Positions 1 through 11,298 of a stretch of 64,000 nt of DNA are shown here, piece after piece (positions within the stretch are counted from its first letter, which is position 1; every line of letters starts with the position of its first letter). Below the pieces are notes generated by a model. The model worked only from the letters and a program-made list of their open reading frames with translations. It ran no database searches and was not told where the DNA came from. The stretch spans positions 1,472,001 to 1,536,000 of the forward strand of contig OZ244042.1 in assembly GCA_965215015.1 (NCBI GenBank). The letters are read 5' to 3'. This DNA comes from Candidatus Poribacteria bacterium (GTDB lineage: Bacteria; Poribacteria; WGA-4E; PCPOR2b). Position numbers and translations under genes: made by a program.

Positions 1-3000
1 AGTTTCACCTTCCGCCACAGGTCTAAGCTCAACGCGTAACTCGTTTGGCGAGATGTCAAGTTGACTGGCTGCAAACTGGCGTAACAAGAAACCAAAAGAA
101 TAAAGTGCGGCTCGCCAGTATTCGTTTTTCTGATTAGGCATAATACCAACTGGAATCTCGTCAACCTCAATTAACAGCACATCGGTCGTCTTGGAAGCAT
201 AAAGTGCTACCTCCCGTGGAGGTCCTATCAAGTCGTTTTCCTCGTTGAAGTTGTACCTTTCGTGTTTTACAGCCAATTCATAACAGACTTCAGCCGATAC
301 AAGTGCTTCGCTTTCACGCTGTTTTTGGAGGACGAACAACTGGTTGTCATTGGTGTTGATCGAAAACAGTTTTAGTTTGCTAGCAGTACTCAATCGGAAA
401 TTGAGTTGCTTTTCTAGCATCGTAGGTGAGTCCGAAGGTAAACGGGGATATGTGGATCGCGGTGTCCAATTGAAGGACTCATGGGCATCATCAGGTTTGA
501 AATTAGTCAGAAATCCTTTCGGTTCAATTCCTTGAATTAGTTTGAACTCTTCAGAACCGCAAATTTGGCAGTTATTTTTCTTGTTAGCGAATTCAAAAAC
601 AGCTTTACAGCTTTCACAGAATCCTATCAATTTTTCATGCGCGATTCCACTTTCAGATACCAAACCTCCCTGCTCCGGTTTGTAGGAGACGATACCTATC
701 GAAGTGTGAATTTTTTTATCCTTGATGGTCTCTGAGCCGGGAGCGAATTGACTAATGGCTATCTCGATATCTCGATCAACAACACCTGATGTGGGAGGCC
801 AATTGGTAACCCGCGGAGGTTGATGATACAATAAACGAACACCGGTTGGGAAACCAAACATCGGCAAAATTCCGGATTCCGCAAGGGACTGGCTCAACTC
901 GTCATCTTCAAAAGGATGCACTCCGGCACAGCAATCAATCTCACCAACGAGGTCATTCAGCACCCAATCTATGAGTTCTTCCTTTTTGTCTTCCAGTTCA
1001 GTCTCTGTGGCAAGTAATTGCACAATCTGCTTAATCTTCTTTTTGTTATTTAGCCTCCATTCTACAACCCTTTCTCGATTCGTTTCCCAATCAGAAACTT
1101 TTCCAAATTCGCCATGGACATTTTTCTCGTTGTCTGTCACCACTCTTGATAACCGTGAAAAGGCATTGCATAAAACCTCTTTAGCCAAAACTCGTTTGAG
1201 AATGTCCGGGCTCCGCATATCAAGATATGGTGTCGGTGTCGCGGCGTTTGTGATCTCGTCCGTGTGGGTAAAATAGTGGTCATCATGGGTTTGTAGGCGG
1301 CAGAGCGTCAAAGCATGGGCGATCGGTTCTCCACGTCGTCCAGCGCGCCCAACACGCTGTTGATAGTTGAAACGCTGTGGTGGGACATTCCCCATCAAAA
1401 CTATTGAAAGCGCACCGATGTCAACCCCAGCTTCCATTGTTGTTGTTACGCTGAGGAGGTCAATCTCATTCGTTCGCTGATTTTCACCATCAAGGATAAC
1501 CCCTTGGAACCAGCGTTGACGGTTTGGCCGTTCCTCCGAATCGGTTTGTGCAGTTAACTCTTCGCAATGAAAACGGTAAGGCTGAATCCCAAGTCTGTCT
1601 GAATCGGCTTGATAGGCGTAGTAACCATATTCTTGTAATTCGTCCGGTATAAATTTCTCTAACTCCGAGAGGCAATTCGTATTTGTGCAAATTCCCCCTG
1701 CCTTGTAAAGATGTTTACGACGGCATGTGACACACCGGAAGATTATGCCCCCTTGAGGGCGACGCAGGTTAAGTCTTTCAACAAGGATGAGATAGTCCTC
1801 AAAACTGTTTGATGATTCTAACTGTTCCTGGATTGCTCTGATAAGCTCTTCCTCAGAGCACCTAATCTGTTCCGCCGATTTTTCCAAGTAGACTCGGAGA
1901 AATTTGGGCATCGACTTTTCTTCGGCGTAGGGACGGTAAATTTTGGTATATCTCCGTTCGCCAAGGATTCGGGCAACGGCAGACATTATTTCAGCGGGAT
2001 TTACTCCTTTAATTAACCACTTGTCCGGATCAGTATTAGGTTCACACCACGCGAGTCCAAGACCCTCTAAGCCCATGTTTCTTCTTGCAAACAGAAGTTG
2101 TTCAGCAATTACTTTTTTTAATTGGGTTTCAATCTCTTGCAAAAGCCGATCTTGATGAGGTTCAAGCAGCTGTGAATCGCGTAGTGTTACGGAACTCTCT
2201 CCCCATTGACAGATCTCCTCCCACTTATGTTCTATCTCCTTATTATTTCTACCTTTTTCCCGAGAAAATTCAACCTTATCACCGTATCCGCCGGGATTCA
2301 TGCCAAGTTTGATAAATTCGTTAAAACAATCCTTCTGAAGAGCGGTAAACGGATAGTTGCTTCCAAGTGTGGCTAGCTGATTTGCCTGATCTAATGTCAG
2401 AGGTTCATCGTCATAAAAAGCGTCCTCAATTGAATCAAGTAATTGTCGTTGGTCTGGATATTTTTCTCTCAAATGACGAATTGCATGTCTAAATTTGGAT
2501 CCTGGGCTTTTAGGATTACGAATGATCGCCAGGGCTGGATCTACTGCTTGTTTTTTCATCGCTTCAACCGCGATGAGTCGAATCATGTCCTGATAGTGAG
2601 ACCACTGAATCCCAACTGCATATTTTGCCGCATCCTGTCGACTATCTGAGAAGATGATGGTCTTTCGTTCGGATTGTACTTGAACAGTTGCTTGTAAGGT
2701 TTGGGTGAGGATTTGGATTACTTTTTGCAAACCTGTTCTACTATTACGGAGTGGTGAACCTACCTGCTCTTTGCCATTGACAACAATCTTTTCCCTGGAT
2801 AAATCCCATACATCTCCACAGTATGGGCAATACTTAGGAATTTCTGAGCACCAATCTTCTGGTTGGTGAATCTTGTAAAAATAACCATTGGAGTTCGTCG
2901 TGGAATCCGGGATAAGTTTTCCATCGGATGGAGAAAACTGCGCGGAATGCCAACTTCTCTTGAGACCGTTTTGGCTCCAACCCCCACGGGGTTGATTAGG

Positions 3001-4815
3001 AGTTTTCTTCCTCGGCCAAAAGATAGCGTAAGTTTCGTAATTCCGATCTTTAACCCCCTTTTCAGGTAAACCCCTCAATTCTTGATAGTCACCACTGAGA
3101 TACCAACCTGGAGCCTCGTCCGAGATTAGCTGTTTATATCCACCAAAAAAGAGATCTCCGCACGTTTCGCAGGTTAACAATTCTAGCACTCGTGAACCAC
3201 ATTCATCACACAAAACACGTCGATTTGCGAACAATTTTCCAATGAAAATGTCGTTGTTTTCCCCTCGACAATTCGGATTGCTACATGCCCACAATCCCTC
3301 AAAGTTTTTGAAGAAGTAATGGACACGAAACGGTAATAGGGCCTGATCTTTTTTTATGTCCTTCTGTTGAATTGTGTAGCGAATAAGACCACGGATAGTA
3401 TCCTCAGAAAGTGGTGTTGGACTTACTCGGTTTGCGGCTTTCAGCATATCCCCGATCGTCGAGGCATTTAACTTTCCATTATTATTACAAAGTTGTACCA
3501 CAGCCGACTTGATGAGTTCCTTTGGAATTTTGTCCAACTGAGTGGCATCTCTATTTTGATCGAACGCTTCAAACTGTGCAGCGTGTTTGAGGGATTCCTG
3601 GAGCTCAGTACTTTGATCAGGGTGTTGTGGTGAACTAATGATTTTGAATTTTCTCCTTCGCGCAAAAAATTGACGGAGGTATTCGCTTCCTTCATCGCTT
3701 TCAAGTGAAGCACTTGATGCAATGATTCGCAGTTTTGGCGATTCAGGTTCAAGGCCAAGCCGATTAAACAGTGTCCGAAGAAGATAAGCAACCTCCGATC
3801 CTGCTGTTCCGCGGTAGGAGTGTAATTCATCAACAACAAGATGGAAAACACTGTCTTTTCTTTCTAGCCATGCTTTAGTTTTTTCAAAGATAGGCTGTTC
3901 TAGGTTGCGGATGAGCATAATATTCAGCATTGAGTAGTTTGTGATTAGGATGTCCGGCGGGTGATCCTGCATGTCCCACCGAGACCACATCTCAGCTGTG
4001 TCAACATCGGTTGAAGGAAAAAAATAACGCTTCTGCTCGGAATCGCTAACTTTTTCAGCTTGCCTATGTAACTTCTCTAGTTGTTTTTGAAATCTTTGGA
4101 GGTTTTCCAGCTTTTTTTCACCTGGGACCGGTGTCAAACCAGTATAGCGACCAAAGTAAAATCGATTGTTACCCCGATTTTCATGGAGCCATCTCCGTGC
4201 TGCCGGACTGTCACAAGCCCGGCGTAGACGCATGAGTTGATCTTCAACAAGTGCGTTGAGTGGATACAAAATTAACGCACGAAGGGCAGCAGGACGTTCT
4301 TCGTCTTGACGCTGTGGAATAGGCTTTTCTGTTTTACTCTCAAAATTTTGCCACCACGGATGATTTGAATTCCGATAGCCGTAGCTGTTCCATTTCCGTG
4401 ATTCTTCGACGAGATAGTTGAAGATTGGAAGTAAAAAACACTCTGTCTTTCCAGAACCTGTGCCAGTCGTGACAACGACATCCTCACCATCAATAACCGA
4501 TGCTTTAATTACCTTTGCTTGATGGTCATAGAGCAGGCGGTCTTTTGGTGCAAGTCCATCATCACCACCTCGCGCGAGAAAATCACCAAGTTCGTAAGAC
4601 AGTTGTAAATGGTTGCATAACTGCGACAGAGTTTTCCCGGAGGAGGGATAAGGAACAATTGGTTCAAAGCGTGGGTCTTGGAAAAGCAGCCCGTTTTCCC
4701 GCAATAGTTTGTTACGTTCCTCTTCGAGTTCCGTACTATTAAAACCCAAAATTGTTTGGATGTAGCGAATGTAAGAATCACAAAGCAGTTCATAAGTTTC
4801 AAATGGATCTGACAT
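1..4815 (-). CDS. druE: Large DEAD/DEAH SF2 helicase with DUF1998-like C-terminal region, Druantia DruE-like (3' end runs off window, >1600 aa)
   Basis: Absent from the ORF track, consistent with no stop inside the window. ATG at 4815 overlaps the upstream stop (TGATG). Motifs read in one frame: [26 protein letters not shown] (~4470), [22 protein letters not shown] (~3831), [12 protein letters not shown] (~1365), several CxxC pairs, [19 protein letters not shown] near the edge. Confidence 0.8.
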   Translation of the reverse strand, partial: MSDPFETYELLCDSYIRYIQTILGFNSTELEEERNKLLRENGLLFQDPRFEPIVPYPSSGKTLSQLCNHLQLSYELGDFLARGGDDGLAPKDRLLYDHQAKVIKASVIDGEDVVVTTGTGSGKTECFLLPIFNYLVEESRKWNSYGYRNSNHPWWQNFESKTEKPIPQRQDEERPAALRALILYPLNALVEDQLMRLRRACDSPAARRWLHENRGNNRFYFGRYTGLTPVPGEKKLENLQRFQKQLEKLHRQAEKVSDSEQKRYFFPSTDVDTAEMWSRWDMQDHPPDILITNYSMLNIMLIRNLEQPIFEKTKAWLERKDSVFHLVVDELHSYRGTAGSEVAYLLRTLFNRLGLEPESPKLRIIASSASLESDEGSEYLRQFFARRRKFKIISSPQHPDQSTELQESLKHAAQFEAFDQNRDATQLDKIPKELIKSAVVQLCNNNGKLNASTIGDMLKAANRVSPTPLSEDTIRGLIRYTIQQKDIKKDQALLPFRVHYFFKNFEGLWACSNPNCRGENNDIFIGKLFANRRVLCDECGSRVLELLTCETCGDLFFGGYKQLISDEAPGWYLSGDYQELRGLPEKGVKDRNYETYAIFWPRKKTPNQPRGGWSQNGLKRSWHSAQFSPSDGKLIPDSTTNSNGYFYKIHQPEDWCSEIPKYCPYCGDVWDLSREKIVVNGKEQVGSPLRNSRTGLQKVIQILTQTLQATVQVQSERKTIIFSDSRQDAAKYAVGIQWSHYQDMIRLIAVEAMKKQAVDPALAIIRNPKSPGSKFRHAIRHLREKYPDQRQLLDSIEDAFYDDEPLTLDQANQLATLGSNYPFTALQKDCFNEFIKLGMNPGGYGDKVEFSREKGRNNKEIEHKWEEICQWGESSVTLRDSQLLEPHQDRLLQEIETQLKKVIAEQLLFARRNMGLEGLGLAWCEPNTDPDKWLIKGVNPAEIMSAVARILGERRYTKIYRPYAEEKSMPKFLRVYLEKSAEQIRCSEEELIRAIQEQLESSNSFEDYLILVERLNLRRPQGGIIFRCVTCRRKHLYKAGGICTNTNCLSELEKFIPDELQEYGYYAYQADSDRLGIQPYRFHCEELTAQTDSEERPNRQRWFQGVILDGENQRTNEIDLLSVTTTMEAGVDIGALSIVLMGNVPPQRFNYQQRVGRAGRRGEPIAHALTLCRLQTHDDHYFTHTDEITNAATPTPYLDMRSPDILKRVLAKEVLCNAFSRLSRVVTDNEKNVHGEFGKVSDWETNRERVVEWRLNNKKKIKQIVQLLATETELEDKKEELIDWVLNDLVGEIDCCAGVHPFEDDELSQSLAESGILPMFGFPTGVRLLYHQPPRVTNWPPTSGVVDRDIEIAISQFAPGSETIKDKKIHTSIGIVSYKPEQGGLVSESGIAHEKLIGFCESCKAVFEFANKKNNCQICGSEEFKLIQGIEPKGFLTNFKPDDAHESFNWTPRSTYPRLPSDSPTMLEKQLNFRLSTASKLKLFSINTNDNQLFVLQKQRESEALVSAEVCYELAVKHERYNFNEENDLIGPPREVALYASKTTDVLLIEVDEIPVGIMPNQKNEYWRAALYSFGFLLRQFAASQLDISPNELRVELRPVAEGET

Positions 4816-5711
4816 CAAATAACCTCCCAATCTTGATAGAGTGATTTAGTCAATCGGTATGCAATACCAACTGGTACATCGGAGTAGCAAGCCCAATCAC
4901 CCCTCCATTTTGGTGGAAATCCTGAGCATAGGGTCGCGCACCGATCAACAATTAGCGGCACAAGCAAATTTCGATTGACACACCATGTCTGAGATTTTTT
5001 TTCGTAAAAAATCAGTCTAGTCTTTCTGACGAAGGTAGAAAGTAGAAGCCATTCCCCCCAGTCACGCGGGACTTTTCGTTGGTCGTAACCAGATTTTAAG
5101 ACGTAGACATCGGGACCGTATTGAGGGATTTCGTAAAGCTCATCATAATCTAAAGAATCGTTATCCTTTTCGTATTTCAGGTTATTGATATTGAACTTGT
5201 TCAGCGAATCGGAAAACGGTATTTCGACTTGCGGAAAATTGGCGCGCTTGGGGGACGGCAATACGCTCGATAACTTGGCAGAAAATGCTCGACTAATGTG
5301 AATGCCCCAATTTTCAATTTTGGTGAAAGAAGTTTCCGTCAGTCCGGTCAACACAATGGTCGTTGGGGCGTATTGCTCTAGAATCAAATGCGATTTTCCT
5401 CCCATTTTGGAAATATAACTTTTGATTTCTTTAAGAAAGTCGGGAGACCGACTTCCGACAAGTACATATCGATCTTCCACCGCCGCTTCAACCAAGACAG
5501 TAGGCGCAATTACAACCTTGTCCAAATTCATAGGATTGTAATCAAGGTGTCCAAGTCGTGCTAGTGATGTCAGGTAAGTAGAATCTTTCAAGTTGGATTC
5601 ACCTTCTGCAAGATTTTCAACTGCCTCTTTGAATTTTTCCCAACTCAGTTCACCGACATGTGACAAGTAATAAAGGAGTCTATCAAAGATATTTGTTTCC
5701 GTTTGGTTCAT
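4815..5711 (-). CDS. Hypothetical defence protein, DruD-position
   Basis: 298 aa, overlaps both neighbours; [16 protein letters not shown]...LARLGHLDY; size and position match type I Druantia accessory genes. Confidence 0.6.
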   Translation of the reverse strand: MNQTETNIFDRLLYYLSHVGELSWEKFKEAVENLAEGESNLKDSTYLTSLARLGHLDYNPMNLDKVVIAPTVLVEAAVEDRYVLVGSRSPDFLKEIKSYISKMGGKSHLILEQYAPTTIVLTGLTETSFTKIENWGIHISRAFSAKLSSVLPSPKRANFPQVEIPFSDSLNKFNINNLKYEKDNDSLDYDELYEIPQYGPDVYVLKSGYDQRKVPRDWGEWLLLSTFVRKTRLIFYEKKSQTWCVNRNLLVPLIVDRCATLCSGFPPKWRGDWACYSDVPVGIAYRLTKSLYQDWEVI

Positions 5712-7645
5712 TCATCTTCCTCGCTTGCTTGTAGTAATCCATCTCGGAAATGCGGCAATTCACGATTTTCATCGTCAATCAAATTTTGCACTATCTCGAT
5801 TAAATCGCGGCGGTTCTCAATCCACGGCAAAAGGCGTAAAGTCAAAGCCCAATCAAGAGCTCGGGACGGTGCTAGAATATCATGATGTGAAAGTTGAAGA
5901 TAACGTTGAATATCCCGAAAAAGCACTGTTGGGACTTGCAAACCTGTATCTTTGATCTTTGTGCAAAGTGGATCAAGGAATGTGAGTTGACTATTGTGCT
6001 GTGGATTAGCATCAGCACCTGGTCGACACCAAGATTCCCATTCAGACTTTGTAACAATAACACCCGACGGTTTCAATTTTAGGGACTCAATCGGTTCTCG
6101 GTTTTGTTGTGGTTCTGGCAGACGTGTAACCCAAGTATAAACGTCCTCATTCGTTTCACAACGATTCATTCCGGAATAACGGGTGAGAAAAACTTTGATA
6201 GCACCCTCGGAAAAATCATTGATCCATTTAAGAAATTGTGGCAGATAACTATCTGGAAATGACCGATCGCAATTGTTCAAATGGATTGCCCAAGGCATAT
6301 TGCCTATTTCAAGCATCCTCCTGACCGAGATATCAAGATCCATTTGTCTCAATTGTTCCCCAAAACATTCTTGAGAAAAGAGCTGAGGAAACCAATCTTG
6401 TAACCCGAGCCAACCCATTTCCACATCGATTTCTGTAACGTACAAGTGATTATCGCACATCAGCCGCCAAACATCAATTATTCGTGTATCAGCAACCTCA
6501 AGTGCAGGAAAAGCCTTCAGAGCAACATGAATAGCATTTGCGGTCTCCTTAGAATCCGTTACACCAAACCTTCGTAGGCAATACGCAAAACTGTCCAAGT
6601 AGTCCTCATTTTCATCGTTGTAATGCTCTTCTTCCGCTTCCAATTTGACAGCATAATGTTTCCCAATCTGTACAGATTGATGGGCGATTCGCGGTGCATG
6701 GGTCATTTGATGTTGTTGTTCTTCTTCTATTTTAATTTCAATAATTGCTCTGTCCATACCATCAAGCCGGACTTCAATAGATTCGACATGTTTTTGGAAA
6801 CGTTGATCGAGTTGCGCGATTTTCAGCTCCATATCATTAATATTAAATTCGGCAGCCGAAAGTTGAGTCGCAAGAGATATAACTGATTCCTCTACCTTGG
6901 TAAGCCGTGAATTGATCAATTGGCTAATTCTTTTGTTAAAATTTAATTTTATTTTAGAAAGTTGAGACTCGAAAGATTTGGTTACCTCTGTAATTTGTTG
7001 ATCGAGCTTCTGTGCTGTTTTGTCGGTGGAGGCAATTTCAGAAATTCGCGAATCAAGTGAATTGATAGTTTCAGATAGCTGATTGACCTGATCAGGAAGG
7101 ACCGCTAGCTGCTGCTGTCGTTTAATTTCTGCCTGGGGAAGTGCCTTTTCAATGAGGGTTTCGATCTCATCTGAAGGAAGGAAGTAACCATAGTCATAAA
7201 AGCGTCGAATTGTCTCCCGATCAATCTGGTTGTTGCGACTTGCTTCCAACAAGGTTTTGAAACACTCGATATCGAGTTCGCTATTTGATGGTGCGACGCA
7301 CTGGCGGTTTTCATCAAAGTCCGATGAGTTGTCAAACTCAAGTAAGAGCTTATTTAGTTCACGATGCGATTCAACCCAAGCGGTCCAAGCCGTTTGGAAC
7401 ATGTCCCAAATGACGGAATTGGTAAATTTTCGTTCCTTTTTCAACCTTGAAATCAACATTGGGACTGTTCGTGTTAGTGGAGCATGCCCCTTTCGGAATC
7501 CTGGCACTTGACTTTGAAGCAACTTCTCCCGTATAAACTGTTTTCCTGTTTTATCTGTTATTTCTTCCAAGAAAGTAACAAAATCTTTTGCATTCCGTTC
7601 TATTAAAATACCCCGCTTCTCTTCTGAGTACGGTTTTGCTTCCAT
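5708..7645 (-). CDS. Coiled-coil protein with degenerate McrB-like AAA+ domain, DruC-position
   Basis: 645 aa; heptad region ~aa170-310; VEMGWLG, IHLNNCDRSFPDSY, ALDWALTLRLLPWI parallel McrB-family motifs but no Walker A. Confidence 0.55.
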   Translation of the reverse strand: MEAKPYSEEKRGILIERNAKDFVTFLEEITDKTGKQFIREKLLQSQVPGFRKGHAPLTRTVPMLISRLKKERKFTNSVIWDMFQTAWTAWVESHRELNKLLLEFDNSSDFDENRQCVAPSNSELDIECFKTLLEASRNNQIDRETIRRFYDYGYFLPSDEIETLIEKALPQAEIKRQQQLAVLPDQVNQLSETINSLDSRISEIASTDKTAQKLDQQITEVTKSFESQLSKIKLNFNKRISQLINSRLTKVEESVISLATQLSAAEFNINDMELKIAQLDQRFQKHVESIEVRLDGMDRAIIEIKIEEEQQHQMTHAPRIAHQSVQIGKHYAVKLEAEEEHYNDENEDYLDSFAYCLRRFGVTDSKETANAIHVALKAFPALEVADTRIIDVWRLMCDNHLYVTEIDVEMGWLGLQDWFPQLFSQECFGEQLRQMDLDISVRRMLEIGNMPWAIHLNNCDRSFPDSYLPQFLKWINDFSEGAIKVFLTRYSGMNRCETNEDVYTWVTRLPEPQQNREPIESLKLKPSGVIVTKSEWESWCRPGADANPQHNSQLTFLDPLCTKIKDTGLQVPTVLFRDIQRYLQLSHHDILAPSRALDWALTLRLLPWIENRRDLIEIVQNLIDDENRELPHFRDGLLQASEEDE

Positions 7646-7647
7646 GG

Positions 7648-9657
7648 TTACCTACTTCCTTGCTTGCGAAGATCTGCATAGGACAAAGCCGTTTCGTGGT
7701 ACTGCTCTAACTTCTTTTGAACGATAGATTGCAAAGCAACATTCTGATCTAGATGTTCGATTATCTCGCCCAACCACTTCGGGACCAAAGTCTTGTCCTG
7801 TTTGAGCTCTATCGCGGTCTTCACGACCAATGAGATAAGCTCAGCAGGGGCTTTGGAGGATAAATCACTATCCTTTTTGGGAGTCGAGGGTTCAATTTGT
7901 ACATCATCCCATGTAGTTTCGGGAATGTCTGTTCCAAGGAATTTTGTGCCCGTGAGCCACATTCCGGATTCCGCTGTAGCCTCCACAATTTTCTTTGTAG
8001 AATAGATTGGCATCTCCGAAACATCTTGAGATAAGGTAACGATTAGAGTTCGATTATTGTGTTCCAAGCAACGCTTTGGGGTTATGATTCGTAAATCACT
8101 CGTTTTACTTCCGTAGGAAATTCTATGAACTCCTGAACCTAGTATGCCATCCAACGTAACAAGCCGGTCCTTACCTACTGACAGCTCTTGGGAGTCTATC
8201 TTTAAAGGCTCTTCACTGGAAAGCCCAAGGTCGGGAACGAACACGGTAGGAAGGCAGATGTTGAGATAGGCTCTGTGACCGTGTTGGTCTCGAACCGATA
8301 ATCCACCAATGAGACGAATCCGTTTGCTAGAATCAATAGACAATCGCCAAAGTTCTTGGTTGGAAACAGATAAGGGTTTGGTAGGTGTACCCCGCAGGCA
8401 GACCCAACCATCATAGATGGGACTTGGCGTCTTAGTCTCTAGTTCACAAGTCTGTTCTACACAAGCAATAACTGGATTAGCAAGCCGTTTGCGGAAGACA
8501 ATCAGGTGATCTTCATACAGTTGCATGTTTCGTTGGGAAAGCCAACTGTCGTCACGTTCTGAATCTTTTCGGAAAACCCAGATATCAGAACGACTTAGGG
8601 TGTAAATTATTGGTTTGACTTCAACCGTTTGTAATTGTAGACGATCTGGCAAATTCCAAAACATGCCTCTCGCATCAATAACTGAACGAAACCACTTTTC
8701 TAGACCAGATGTTTGCAAACACTTAATCCCTAAAGGGTTAGTTTCGCAGTTTGTTGCGCCTCTACCATGTCTTGGGAGCCAGTAGCGCACTCCTACCTTG
8801 TCGAACGGATTCAATCGGAGTTCAACATTAATTGATGCTATTGTGTAGCTTTTGGAAGCAAGGGCTGCATCAGGTGGAATTTCACCATTCCAGTGTTTTA
8901 GAAGTGATTTGACCTGGCTAAGTATGGACCTTTTATAGGATTCATTGGAAAGGTAACGCTTTATTTTAACAGATCCCGTTGATGATATACACCAATAACG
9001 AAGTTGGTGTTCCAGTTGAGGATCAGGGAGATTTGAAAACGGTGTAAGGTTATTCTGATGAAAAAATTGGTAAACAGCACGTCGATCTTGTTCGCTAATC
9101 AAGCATTGTGAAATCGGGTACCAAACATATCTACGATTTAATGGACCTTCGGTCAGATATAGTTCAATATTGTAATGATCGCTTACCCACTTCTGAAGAT
9201 GTTTCCAAAGTTTCTTGAATTCTTGACGCTTAATTCCTTTTGGAATTCCTTGATCAGATTTGTCAAACAGGAGTTCATTTAACCGTAGGTAGTAGTTCGT
9301 ATGAGAAGCACTAACTGAAGATTCCATTCGCGACGCGGCAAGAACAGCTAGGGCGAGGAAAGCCACTTGAGGTGGTTCTTCTTCCGAAGTGGCCCACCAT
9401 GAATCCCGTAAATTTGTTGGATTGATTCGTTGGAGATTCACACGATCGTCAGTAACAACTTTGTTCCTGACAGCTACTTTCAAACTTATGACAGCATTTG
9501 CCAGCTTGAAATTAGACAGCTCCGCTATTTCAGAAAGTTTTTCAGCATTTGTTTGCAAGAAGACAATTTCACCGGGCTCACACTCTTGAAAAAAGTAGGA
9601 GATAATGGCTCGGTTCCACTGTTCATAGTGCATGATGATAAATATGATCTTCCTCAT
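7648..9657 (-). CDS. Hypothetical defence protein, DruB-position
   Basis: 669 aa (true start may be MHYEQW); YEQWNRAIISYFF, NYYLRLNELL, YVWYPISQCLI; first gene of the coupled operon. Confidence 0.6.
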   Translation of the reverse strand: MRKIIFIIMHYEQWNRAIISYFFQECEPGEIVFLQTNAEKLSEIAELSNFKLANAVISLKVAVRNKVVTDDRVNLQRINPTNLRDSWWATSEEEPPQVAFLALAVLAASRMESSVSASHTNYYLRLNELLFDKSDQGIPKGIKRQEFKKLWKHLQKWVSDHYNIELYLTEGPLNRRYVWYPISQCLISEQDRRAVYQFFHQNNLTPFSNLPDPQLEHQLRYWCISSTGSVKIKRYLSNESYKRSILSQVKSLLKHWNGEIPPDAALASKSYTIASINVELRLNPFDKVGVRYWLPRHGRGATNCETNPLGIKCLQTSGLEKWFRSVIDARGMFWNLPDRLQLQTVEVKPIIYTLSRSDIWVFRKDSERDDSWLSQRNMQLYEDHLIVFRKRLANPVIACVEQTCELETKTPSPIYDGWVCLRGTPTKPLSVSNQELWRLSIDSSKRIRLIGGLSVRDQHGHRAYLNICLPTVFVPDLGLSSEEPLKIDSQELSVGKDRLVTLDGILGSGVHRISYGSKTSDLRIITPKRCLEHNNRTLIVTLSQDVSEMPIYSTKKIVEATAESGMWLTGTKFLGTDIPETTWDDVQIEPSTPKKDSDLSSKAPAELISLVVKTAIELKQDKTLVPKWLGEIIEHLDQNVALQSIVQKKLEQYHETALSYADLRKQGSR

Positions 9658-9833
9658 ATAGTGAGGGATGTAAAAATGTCTTAGGTGAATAAGTCGTGCA
9701 CTCCTTAGAATAAAGGCCTCTAGCAGCCAACTTATTGTCTAGTACGCCGGAAGGGGGTCAAAGGCCTCCATCAATGTCTATTAGAACAATCATCACTATC
9801 TGGTCTCCTTATAATTTTCGGTGAAGTCTGACT

Positions 9834-10808
9834 TCAACCTCGTTCAGCTTCCGCACAAAGCTGTGCAGCGTATTGGACTCGGCGCATCACGTCAATATTT
9901 GCCCGGGGACTACCTCCCGCATGGATGGAATCAAAGAACCCTCGGAGGCTTTCGCGCATACCCACGAACCCGTAAGTGGGTGGCGAGGCAGGGGTGTGTT
10001 CACGATGCCAATCATCTGTTTCACCACGCCATCCCCACCTCCCGGTCTGTAAATCGGCGATAATTTCTCCGGATCGACAGGCAACAGTCAGCTCAATGAC
10101 GGTCCCCTGTGGTATCACCAAGTTAAATTCAAGCTGACCGATTCCTCCGCCAGAATAAACTAGCGATGCCCAACCGGCATCCATCAGTGTCCCGTTACTG
10201 TGGTGAACTCCTATAACAGATGCTTGAATTGCAGTCTGTGTGAAGATGCAATCTAGGACATCAAGATACCAACAGCCTAGCCAAAGAAAGAAACTCTGCC
10301 CCTGAACTTCCTCATACCACGCGCCACCTCCATATCCCCAGGCACACCACAGACGGATTTTCGCCATCAACGGTTCACCTATCGCGCCGGACCGGAGAAG
10401 TTCTAATACACTGTCCATCACCGGCAGGTATCGGAGCTCCAAATCGGCTTGAACCACGCATCCACTTGATGCCAGTGCGTCCAGTACGTGTGTGACTGTT
10501 TCCGAATCTTCTGCAACGGGCGGTTCAAAAAACAGATGCTTCTGGGATGTTGCCGCCGCTTGAAGGACCGGCGCATGAAGGGAATTAGGGAGCGCAATCA
10601 AGATAGCGTCAACGGTTGAATCATTCAACAGGTCGTGATAGTCCTCAAACGTCTTCGTCCCTTTCCCGAACGTCTGTTTTGCAAGAGCTCTTGTGGTATG
10701 ACTCCGAGCGGAAACAGCCACAACCCGAACCTGTGATATCTCTGCAAGCAAAGGTGTGTAGGCTTGGCGAGCCCACTGACCGAAACCAATGATTCCAATA
10801 TTTGTCAT
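9834..10808 (-). CDS. Gfo/Idh/MocA family oxidoreductase
   Basis: IGIIGFGQWA Rossmann start, ALPNSLHAP, KHLFFEPP. Confidence 0.85.
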   Translation of the reverse strand: MTNIGIIGFGQWARQAYTPLLAEISQVRVVAVSARSHTTRALAKQTFGKGTKTFEDYHDLLNDSTVDAILIALPNSLHAPVLQAAATSQKHLFFEPPVAEDSETVTHVLDALASSGCVVQADLELRYLPVMDSVLELLRSGAIGEPLMAKIRLWCAWGYGGGAWYEEVQGQSFFLWLGCWYLDVLDCIFTQTAIQASVIGVHHSNGTLMDAGWASLVYSGGGIGQLEFNLVIPQGTVIELTVACRSGEIIADLQTGRWGWRGETDDWHREHTPASPPTYGFVGMRESLRGFFDSIHAGGSPRANIDVMRRVQYAAQLCAEAERG

Positions 10809-10861
10809 GGTATCATTCTACTTTATACCTTTCTGCGATTAATCCCTGATAGGCTTAACCC

Positions 10862-11179
10862 CTATTGCATTGGTGAGAAGGAAGTCGGAATCAGGGTGTC
10901 CGAAATAACTTCCGCAACGATTGGCCCATTCGCTTCGGTTTGTTCGCGGGCTTTAATCCATTCAGGATCTGCGCGGAAGCCATCCCATGCCGCCTCCATC
11001 GCTGCTTCGCTTTCATATCTACAGATATACACTAGTTCGTTGACCTCTGGGTGTCTCCAGAATCCAACGACTTCTATGCCATGCCTTTTGAATAGACCAA
11101 AGGTGATATTTTCAAACCGGTTGAGGATGTCCGGCATTCGACCTTCCGGAATTATATAAGTACGAAGTTCGTAAACCAT
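10862..11179 (-). CDS. NIPSNAP family protein
   Basis: MVYELRTYIIPEGRM...AWDGFRADPEW; start reassigned to ATG 11179 behind AGGAG. Confidence 0.85.
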   Translation of the reverse strand: MVYELRTYIIPEGRMPDILNRFENITFGLFKRHGIEVVGFWRHPEVNELVYICRYESEAAMEAAWDGFRADPEWIKAREQTEANGPIVAEVISDTLIPTSFSPMQ

Positions 11180-11298
11180 TGTTATTCTCCTTATGTAAAT
11201 GTAATACGTAGGTTGTCCGACAGCATGGAAATTGAACACCACCGGTTGAAACGGCGTCTCAATGCGACGGATATTTGGGACAAACAGTCCGATTAAAT

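Noticed and set aside
344-4802. Short ORFs listed in the track across 0.3-4.8 kb (and likewise 61.8-63.8 kb)
   Set aside because: They are shadows of long edge-truncated genes (helicase; DUF5916 protein) in other frames
1-9657. DISARM (DrmA/DrmB) system
   Set aside because: Helicase and DUF1998-like region are one giant ORF, with no adjacent methylase or SNF2 gene in the visible part; the PLD gene is over 30 kb away
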